Assembly (NCBI GenBank): GCA_028692655.1
Contig: JAQUWY010000007.1
Coordinates: forward strand, 1-62,952
Reading direction: 5' to 3'
Source of the DNA: Candidatus Omnitrophota bacterium
Lineage (GTDB): Bacteria > Omnitrophota > Gorgyraeia > Duberdicusellales > 4484-171
DNA length: 62,952 nucleotides
A program made the position numbers and the translations under genes. Positions 56,106 to 62,952 of the stretch are shown piece by piece. Under the pieces are notes generated by a model. It saw only the letters and a list, made by a program, of their open reading frames with translations, did no database searches and had not been told where the DNA came from. The first letter of the stretch is position 1, and the number at the start of each line of letters is the position of its first letter.

Positions 56106-57974
56106 TCATTTTACCAGAGGCTGGTTTTTTCTCAATTTCTTTCGCAGTTCCTCATCTTTAAAATCTATCCTTGAAACTTGCCTTAAGCCCTGTACGGAAT
56201 TGCCTAAATATACCTTGTCGGCACCAAACACATCTTCGTAACGTAGCACTTTCTCTTTGGCCCGGCCAGAAAGTAAGAGGTGTTGTCTTAACACCCCGGG
56301 CAGAAGCCCGCAGGAAACAGGCGGCGTATACAAGAGGTTTGCGCAGGAAATGAAAATATTATTTATAGCTCCTTCTGTAAATTCTCCTTTTTCATTAATG
56401 AATAACGTTTCATCAAATCCTTTATTGACAGCTCTTCTTCTTTGCCCGTTATATCGGTGCCGGTAAGAGGTCTTGTGGTATAAAAAAATGTTCTCGGGAT
56501 CGATGATCTTTGAGCTTACCAAAACTCTTGCCGGTGGCTTAGCTTTAATGAAAGGTTTACTTTCTATTTTCAGGCGTCCGTCTTTGGCTATTAAAACGCG
56601 GATTTTATATCTGCCGGGTTTTATTTCTGCCCGCAGCTTTCTTGTTAACTCCTTAGAATCGTATTGAATACCAAAATACCGGCAGGATTTAGCCAGCCTC
56701 TTTAAATGTTCCTCCAGAAGCCAATACTTTCCTCTATCCAGCAGAAGGCTTTCAATCAAACAAAAACGCCTGTTGTTATCGGTAAAAAATTTCGCTTTTA
56801 GGAGAGTTTCTTCGTATTCCCGGCAAGATACAGAATCATACACTATGCCTGCGCCTACGCCCAGCTCACCGCGGCCTTTGTGTATTTCTAAAGTCCTTAT
56901 GGCCACATTAAAGCAAGCTTTACTCTCGGGAGATATGTATCCTATGGCGCCGGTATAGACACCCCGCGTTTTCCCTTCAAGCTCTCTTATTATCTCCATA
57001 GTTTTAATTTTTGGCGCTCCGGTAACCGAACCGCAGGGGAAAAGCGAGGCAAATAGCTTCTGTGTTTCTACTCTTTCGCGCAAGCTTGCGGATATAGTAG
57101 ATGTCATTTGATAAAGCGTTTTATGTTTTTCTATCTGGAAAAGGTTGGGAACGCTTACCTTGGCCGCAACTCTTCCCAGGTCATTTCTAAGCAGATCTAC
57201 TATCATAACATTCTCGGCTCTGTCCTTACCGCTTTCCAATAACTCCCTCCTATGCTGTTTGTCTTTGGAATAACTTGGCCCTCTTTTCATGGTTCCTTTC
57301 ATGGGGCGGGCCAGAAGAGTTTTTTTATCCTGACGAAAAAAGAGCTCGGGGGAAAAAGAAAGAACCTGCCGCGAGCCGGTATCTACAAAAGCGGTGTAAG
57401 CAGTTGGCTGGTTCTTTCTTAAGTCCGAATAAAGAGCTGCAGCGCATCCGGTAAAATCGAATCTAATCTTAAAGGTAAAATTTACCTGGTACGTCAGGCC
57501 TTGGCACAGGTATTTTTTTATCTGCCTTATCTTTGCAAAATATTCTCTTGGGCCGATATCCGGCTTTATGTTTTTTATCGTATACAGATTAGGCGGCGAT
57601 TTTTTCTGGCAGGCGCTGCCGAAGGAAAAACTTTTTCCGGAAAAAACCTCCGGGGCCCTAAACACCCCCAGCCAAACAAGCGGGAAATTACTCCCGCGGC
57701 AAAAAGCGCTTAAAGACTTTTCCAGAAAATAACCGAACTCATAAGTAAAGTATCCGGCCATCCAGAACCCTTTGGCTAAATAACTCTCAATTTTTTTGAA
57801 AAGCTCTTTTGGGCTGTCTCCGTTATTAAATGTCAATACGTCCAAGGGCTCATCAAACCAAAAAGATTTTTTATTCTCTTTGTCGCTTGAGAGGGTTTCT
57901 AATAAAACGCACCCTCCCCGTGCCGGCACAGATGAGGATTCAAATAAATTTTTGTATATTGAGCCTTTCTTCAT
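56106..57974 (-). CDS. pabB: Aminodeoxychorismate synthase component I fused to class IV aminotransferase (ADC lyase-like)
   Basis: YQVNFT, SPELF, KDRAENVMIVDLLRNDLG, TGAPK; C-terminal HKT, EGAINN, GLLPG. Confidence 0.9.
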   Translation of the reverse strand: MKKGSIYKNLFESSSVPARGGCVLLETLSSDKENKKSFWFDEPLDVLTFNNGDSPKELFKKIESYLAKGFWMAGYFTYEFGYFLEKSLSAFCRGSNFPLVWLGVFRAPEVFSGKSFSFGSACQKKSPPNLYTIKNIKPDIGPREYFAKIRQIKKYLCQGLTYQVNFTFKIRFDFTGCAAALYSDLRKNQPTAYTAFVDTGSRQVLSFSPELFFRQDKKTLLARPMKGTMKRGPSYSKDKQHRRELLESGKDRAENVMIVDLLRNDLGRVAAKVSVPNLFQIEKHKTLYQMTSTISASLRERVETQKLFASLFPCGSVTGAPKIKTMEIIRELEGKTRGVYTGAIGYISPESKACFNVAIRTLEIHKGRGELGVGAGIVYDSVSCREYEETLLKAKFFTDNNRRFCLIESLLLDRGKYWLLEEHLKRLAKSCRYFGIQYDSKELTRKLRAEIKPGRYKIRVLIAKDGRLKIESKPFIKAKPPARVLVSSKIIDPENIFLYHKTSYRHRYNGQRRRAVNKGFDETLFINEKGEFTEGAINNIFISCANLLYTPPVSCGLLPGVLRQHLLLSGRAKEKVLRYEDVFGADKVYLGNSVQGLRQVSRIDFKDEELRKKLRKNQPLVK

Positions 57975-57984
57975 TTGTTACGGA

Positions 57985-58788
57985 TTATTTCTGGCAGCGC
58001 GGGCAGAAATATGTACCTCGTCCGGCTAAACGGATTCGCTTGATATGGGTTTTACATCTAAGACAGGGTTCATCTTTTCTGTCATAAACTTTATGATATT
58101 TTGCGTAGCTGCCCCGGGCGCCAGAAAGCTGTAAATACTGGTCTACGGAAGAGCCTTTACATCGTATAGCTTCTTTAAGGGTTTTCTTGAGTTCGTCCAG
58201 TAACAGCTTTGTTTCTTCGGCAGACAAACTATTTGCGGGCCGTGCCGGATTAATTTTCGCACGAAACAGCGCTTCGTTAGCGTAAATATTCCCGATTCCG
58301 GAGATAAACTTTTGGTCTAACAATAAAGGCTTTATTTTTGTTTTTCTTGAGCTAACCATCTCTTTAAACTCACCCAATGATATCCCAAACGGTTCCGGGC
58401 CCAGTGTTTTGATAAATTTTAATTCTTTCCAATCGTCAACTATCCGCAATTCTGCGAACAACCTGCCGTCATTAAAATCTAATGTTTTGCCGTTAGAAAG
58501 TTTAAAGGCAATCCTTGTTGATTTAGAGCCCTTGCCCGGATAAATTAATTGCCCAGCCATTTTTAGATGAATCGTCAAAAACTTTCTGTTCGATAGTTCG
58601 ATAACCAGTAATTTTGCTTTTCTTAAAATACTTTTTATCGTTGCCCCGGTTATAGCTTTCTGAAATTTTGCGGGGGAAGGTTCTTTGATCACCTTCGGAT
58701 TAATCACAAAAACTTTTGTGATTTTTTTACCTAAAACCGCTTTTCCCAATTCACGCTTTATTGTCTCAACTTCCGGTAATTCGGGCAT
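57985..58788 (-). CDS. mutM: Formamidopyrimidine-DNA glycosylase
   Basis: MPELPEVET, HLKMAG, GIGNIYANE, C-terminal zinc finger. Confidence 0.97.
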   Translation of the reverse strand: MPELPEVETIKRELGKAVLGKKITKVFVINPKVIKEPSPAKFQKAITGATIKSILRKAKLLVIELSNRKFLTIHLKMAGQLIYPGKGSKSTRIAFKLSNGKTLDFNDGRLFAELRIVDDWKELKFIKTLGPEPFGISLGEFKEMVSSRKTKIKPLLLDQKFISGIGNIYANEALFRAKINPARPANSLSAEETKLLLDELKKTLKEAIRCKGSSVDQYLQLSGARGSYAKYHKVYDRKDEPCLRCKTHIKRIRLAGRGTYFCPRCQK

Positions 58789-58823
58789 ATCTTCTACCTT
58801 TAAACTATCTCCAGAAAAAGCTC

Positions 58824-58870
58824 TAATCTCTAAATTCTAAATCCTAAACAAATTTCAAATCTGAAACTTA
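58824..58870. repeat. 7-mer repeat tract (CTAAAT)
   Basis: tctaaat tctaaat cctaaac aaatttc aaatctg. Confidence 0.6.
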
Positions 58871-58920
58871 AAGCAATAAACTCTTTTTAAAAAATGCTGG
58901 TTCCGCAAAATTCTGTATAG

Positions 58921-59358
58921 TTATCCCCGCCTTGACAAATCTTCGGCAAAGCAGGCACGGCGGCCGGTGTCTATTGTTTTTACATAAACTTGCCTTGTTC
59001 GTGGGCCGTCAAACTCGCAGAAATAAATTCCTTGCCAAGTGCCTAGCTTAAGCTGTCCGCCTTTGATTATAACCATAAGGCTGTTTCCAAAAAGCGAACT
59101 TTTTATATGAGCGTCTGAATTACCTTCCTGATGCGAGAAATTTTTCCCGGAAGGGATTGCTTTGCCAAGATAAGCTAATATATCTTGGATAACCGCAGGG
59201 TCAGCATTTTCATTTATGGTCAAAGCCGCGGTGGTGTGAGGACAAAAAACACAACATAACCCTGATTTAGCCCCTTTCCCAGAAATTACTCTTAAGATGT
59301 CAGTGGTAATGTCTATAAACTCTGTTTTCTTTTTTGTGGAAACCTGCAGAACTTTCAT
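58921..59358 (-). CDS. YjbQ family protein (paralog 2) with C-terminal extension
   Basis: HTTAALTINENADP, NSDAHIKS, LGTWQGIYFCEFDGPR. Confidence 0.93.
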   Translation of the reverse strand: MKVLQVSTKKKTEFIDITTDILRVISGKGAKSGLCCVFCPHTTAALTINENADPAVIQDILAYLGKAIPSGKNFSHQEGNSDAHIKSSLFGNSLMVIIKGGQLKLGTWQGIYFCEFDGPRTRQVYVKTIDTGRRACFAEDLSRRG

Positions 59359-59364
59359 CTGTTT

Positions 59365-59601
59365 TTAAAGAAACAAGAGGAAAAACAAGAAAAACGATAC
59401 AACAAGAATAATGGCTGTCCATACAAACCATGCCGGCCGGGCTGAATCATTATCGTCGATAAGTTTGCCGCAATAATAACAACTTATTGCATCCTCAGGA
59501 ATCGGCTTAGAACAATAAGGGCATTTCTTCATCTTGCCAAAATCCAAGCCTTCTTGTTCTTGAGAAAAGCTTTGGTAATCGAATTTGCCTTCGGCCATCA
59601 T
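59365..59601 (-). CDS. Small zinc-ribbon protein with C-terminal TM
   Basis: CPYC..CYYC, hydrophobic tail. Confidence 0.7.
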   Translation of the reverse strand: MMAEGKFDYQSFSQEQEGLDFGKMKKCPYCSKPIPEDAISCYYCGKLIDDNDSARPAWFVWTAIILVVSFFLFFLLFL

Positions 59602-59605
59602 CCCC

Positions 59606-60121
59606 TTAAACTAAACCTTTATACACACCACTGTAACCCTGGGTTTCTTCTACCGGGAAAAACACCAGTTGAGCCAGGCGGGCATTTTCTTTTATCCTGA
59701 CACCTGCGCCATTTTCTACAATCAAAATAAATTCGCCTTTGCCCCGAAAACCCGCGTCCCAAACCCCATGCTGGGTAAATGCCCCCATGCGTAAAAGAGA
59801 AGTGCGGGTAAATGCTAAAGCAGTAAGGTCGTTGGGCAAATTAACGGTTTCATTTGTCTTTACTTTATATGCACCTTTTGGGAGTTCCCACCAGCCGTAA
59901 GAATCCGTTACAGAATCCTTCATAGGTTTAAGTTCTTTCGCGGCCGGGACTACTCTTTGAGAATTAGAAAAATCAAGCGCGCCGGATCCTTCAAACACAA
60001 AAATCCCTCCGGCAGTTAAATCAAACCCGTTGGGAGTAAGTTGTTTATCCAGAGCTATAAAATTTTCTATTAGCTTTTTATTTTCAATCAACGCACTGAT
60101 CTGTTTTTTGTTTAACATCAC
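59606..60121 (-). CDS. dUTPase / dCTP deaminase family protein
   Basis: PNGFDL, RTSLLRMG, VWDAGFRG, ARLAQLVF, YSGVY. Confidence 0.85.
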   Translation of the reverse strand: MMLNKKQISALIENKKLIENFIALDKQLTPNGFDLTAGGIFVFEGSGALDFSNSQRVVPAAKELKPMKDSVTDSYGWWELPKGAYKVKTNETVNLPNDLTALAFTRTSLLRMGAFTQHGVWDAGFRGKGEFILIVENGAGVRIKENARLAQLVFFPVEETQGYSGVYKGLV

Positions 60122-60208
60122 ACCCCTTCCCTTTTATGCTCTTGGCTTATTGCGCGCTTTGATTTTCAGTTTTCCCATTTTCCGGTTAATTCATTCAGTT
60201 CACCATAG

Positions 60209-60442
60209 TGTAAAATTGTAGAGATATGTTTACATATTTTGTATTGTCAAACGGTATACGGTTGCGTAACTCGTATCGTTATTCGTTTGCCGGCTGCGTT
60301 AATAAAATCTCATGAATAGAGACAGTTGACGTTCAACGACAGCCGTTTCAAGCTACCTGCCTACCGGTAGGCAGGCACAACCCTCTAACGATGAATGACA
60401 CGGCTATAGAGTAGGCTGTAAACATAACTTTCGAATAATACA
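60209..60442 (-). mobile_element. MITE copy C (234 bp, inverted)
   Basis: Reverse complement aligns with A and B; no target duplication visible. Confidence 0.88.
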
Positions 60443-60457
60443 TAAAGAGCTTACGGC

Positions 60458-62950
60458 TTAAAGCTTTTCTTTATTGCTCTTGTAATAATCCTGTATAGCC
60501 TTAGGCTCAAGATTCCCATTCTTAACCGCCTCTATCCCTTCAACGCTTGCCCGGGCAGCTGCCATAGTTGTGATGTAAGAAACTTTATGCTGTATGGCCA
60601 TTATCCGGATATAGCTGTCATCGTGTTTGGACATCCTGCCGGCAGGAGTGTTTATGATAAGCTGTAACTCTTTGTTTTTGATAGCATCTGCGATATTGGG
60701 CCTTCCTTCATGAATCTTTTTTATTTCGATAGTTTCAATGCCTTCCCCTTTCAGGAAAAGCCCGGTACCTGAAGTCGCGTAAATCTTAAAACCCAGGCTG
60801 TTTAACTTTTTTGCCACCGGCAAAAGGCTTTGTTTATCTTTGTCGGTAACTGTAAGCAATACATTACCCTGGGTAGGAAGTTTTAAGCCTGCTGCTTCCT
60901 GGGCTTTATAAAAAGCCAGGCCGAAGGTAGCAGCCATACCCATAACTTCCCCGGTTGCTTTCATCTCCGGTCCTAACAAAGGGTCTACTTCAGGAAACAT
61001 ATTAAAAGGAAACACTGCCTCCTTGACGCCTACATAATTAAAAGTCTGCTTTTTAAGTTGTTTGAAATCTTTTATTTTTTTACCCAGCATAATATCTGTC
61101 GCTATACGGGCAATGGGTATCCCGGTTACTTTTGAAACCAGCGGCACTGTCCGGGAAGCTCTGGGGTTTGCTTCCAATATATATACTTTATCACCGCAAA
61201 TAGCATACTGTATATTTATCAGGCCTACGGTTTCCAAAACCCTTGCTATCCTATCGGTGTATTCTTCTATAACTTCTTTATGCTTGAGGCTAAGCGTCCG
61301 AGTCGGTATTGCGCAGGCTGAATCCCCGGAATGGATACCGGCCAGCTCTATATGCTCCATGATAGAGGCCACAAAAGTTTGCTGGCCGTCACACAAAGCG
61401 TCGACTTCAACTTCAATAGCTTGTTCCAGAAATCTATCTATGAGCATGGGGTATTCCGGAGTCACGTCAATGGCTTCCTTAACATATTTAACCAGCATAC
61501 TTTCGTCGTAAACTATTTCCATGCCGCGGCCGCCTAAAACAAAGGACGGCCTTACCATCAACGGGTACCCGATTCTTGAAGCAACTGCGACTGCTTCCTC
61601 AAGCGAACGGGCAATGCCGCTTTCAGGTTGAGGTATGCCCAGCTCGGTCATTTTTTCTTTAAAATGTTCTCTGTCTTCGGCGAACCTGATACTTTCCGGG
61701 CTTGTACCTAAAATTTTTACCCCGTTATCCTTGAGCTGTTGGGCTATATTTAGAGGGGTCTGGCCGCCAAATTGCACTATTACCCCTTGAGGTTTTTCTT
61801 TTTCATAAATCGCGAGTACGTCCTCGACTGTTAAAGGCTCAAAGTAAAGTTTATCGGAAGTGTCGTAATCCGTAGAAACAGTCTCGGGATTGCAGTTGAC
61901 CATAATAGATTCATATCCATGGTCTCTAAGCGCGAAAGCTGCATGGACACAGGTGTAATCAAATTCTATACCCTGGCCTATCCTGTTAGGCCCGCCGCCT
62001 AAAATCATAACTTTTCTTTTGCTGGAAACACCTACGCAATCTTTATTATTGTAAGTCGAATAGTAATACTGGGCATTTTTAACCCCACTTACCGGCACAG
62101 CTTCATAACCGGCAGTTATACCGCAAGACAACCTTTGCTTACGAACCTGCTCTTCAGATACTTTAAAAATTCCGGCAAGGTATTTATCGGAGAAACCCCA
62201 TTGTTTTGCCTTAATCAATCTATCCTTACTAAGATTTTCGAAACCTGTTTCTATTAGTTCCTGTTCAAACTCAACCAGTTCTTTAAGCTCATTAATAAAC
62301 CATATGCCTATATGGGTTAAGCAGTGCAATTCTTGGGCCGGCATCTGCTTACGCAGCGCTTCATAGACTAAAAATATTCTTTCGCTGGAAGCAACTGCCA
62401 GGCGTTTACGCAATTCATCGAGCGAGAACTCTTTGAATTCTTCGACTCCTAAACCATACCGCTTTATTTCCAGTGAACGTATAGCTTTTTGAATAGTTTC
62501 CTTAAAGGTTTTACCTATGCTCATCACCTCGCCAACAGCCTTCATCTGAGTTCCCAGGGTGTTTTTTGCTTTAGGGAATTTTTCAAAAGCCCAACGGGCA
62601 AATTTAGATACTATATAGTCGCCGCTCGGAACATATTTTTCAAGAGTGCCGGCTTTCCAATATGGGATTTCATCCAGCGTGACCCCAACAGCAAGTTTCG
62701 CCGAAACTCTCGCGATAGGAAAACCGGTAGCTTTAGAGGCAAGCGCCGAAGAACGGGATGTGCGGGGATTTATTTCTATAACCACCAATCGCCCATCCTG
62801 TTTGTTGTGGGCAAATTGCACATTCGTCCCGCCCAGAACACCTATGGCGTCAACTATTTTATAGGAAATTTCCTGCATCCTGTTTTGCAATTCTTTGGGC
62901 ACTGTCAGCATCGGCGCCACACAAAAACTGTCGCCGGTATGCACACCCAT
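60458..62950 (-). CDS. carB: Carbamoyl-phosphate synthase large subunit (5' end outside window)
   Basis: GGGPNRIGQGIEFDY, HSGDSAC, EANPRASRTVP, MGS domain. Confidence 0.98.
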   Translation of the reverse strand: MGVHTGDSFCVAPMLTVPKELQNRMQEISYKIVDAIGVLGGTNVQFAHNKQDGRLVVIEINPRTSRSSALASKATGFPIARVSAKLAVGVTLDEIPYWKAGTLEKYVPSGDYIVSKFARWAFEKFPKAKNTLGTQMKAVGEVMSIGKTFKETIQKAIRSLEIKRYGLGVEEFKEFSLDELRKRLAVASSERIFLVYEALRKQMPAQELHCLTHIGIWFINELKELVEFEQELIETGFENLSKDRLIKAKQWGFSDKYLAGIFKVSEEQVRKQRLSCGITAGYEAVPVSGVKNAQYYYSTYNNKDCVGVSSKRKVMILGGGPNRIGQGIEFDYTCVHAAFALRDHGYESIMVNCNPETVSTDYDTSDKLYFEPLTVEDVLAIYEKEKPQGVIVQFGGQTPLNIAQQLKDNGVKILGTSPESIRFAEDREHFKEKMTELGIPQPESGIARSLEEAVAVASRIGYPLMVRPSFVLGGRGMEIVYDESMLVKYVKEAIDVTPEYPMLIDRFLEQAIEVEVDALCDGQQTFVASIMEHIELAGIHSGDSACAIPTRTLSLKHKEVIEEYTDRIARVLETVGLINIQYAICGDKVYILEANPRASRTVPLVSKVTGIPIARIATDIMLGKKIKDFKQLKKQTFNYVGVKEAVFPFNMFPEVDPLLGPEMKATGEVMGMAATFGLAFYKAQEAAGLKLPTQGNVLLTVTDKDKQSLLPVAKKLNSLGFKIYATSGTGLFLKGEGIETIEIKKIHEGRPNIADAIKNKELQLIINTPAGRMSKHDDSYIRIMAIQHKVSYITTMAAARASVEGIEAVKNGNLEPKAIQDYYKSNKEKL

Positions 62951-62952
62951 AG

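Noticed and set aside
60202-60449. Target duplication for MITE-C
   Set aside because: Flanks ACCATAG and TAAAGAG do not match
1-62952. CRISPR array or cas genes
   Set aside because: No regularly spaced identical repeats with unique spacers; all repeats are dispersed or short-period
1-62952. Numerous antisense ORFs of 60-180 aa over housekeeping genes
   Set aside because: Shadow frames without motifs or RBS

Overview
AT-rich bacterial chromosome segment, mostly housekeeping genes on the minus strand. Gene content and style suggest a PVC-group organism such as Candidatus Omnitrophota (inference only). Recognisable genes: era, tsaD, gatCAB, rpoD, dnaG, rarA, pheST, a trk cluster, thrS-infC-rpmI-rplT, a V/A-type ATPase operon, pyrF/pyrD/pyrK, mutM and a partial carB, plus tRNA-Leu(GAG), tRNA-Val(TAC) and a probable 6S RNA. 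Strongest unexplained signals: (1) 755-3021 looks like an integrase-less array of attC-bounded gene cassettes; one cassette is a REP-associated tyrosine transposase (RAYT) with a REP doublet inside its own ORF, one carries a HEPN-like ORF, and one attC is itself invaded by palindromic repeats. (2) An HTH plus LAGLIDADG-like ORF with its own consensus promoter and inverted-repeat operator lies between tRNA-Val and a second upstream promoter, and reads through the tRNA. (3) A 234-236 bp MITE in three copies has TGT..ACA ends, 7-bp target duplications at two copies and a compensatorily conserved palindrome. (4) Small hairpin and 7-mer repeat elements recur at gene junctions and in-frame inside pheS, pyrK and yjbQ; one family appears to supply ribosome-binding sites. 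(5) Unusual protein architectures: PilZ-TM-coiled-coil-glycosidase-like, bactofilin-HTH next to HTH-TM, and an unannotated 39-aa membrane ORF in the trk cluster. No CRISPR array or integron integrase is visible. All protein calls come from motif recognition by eye, not database searches.
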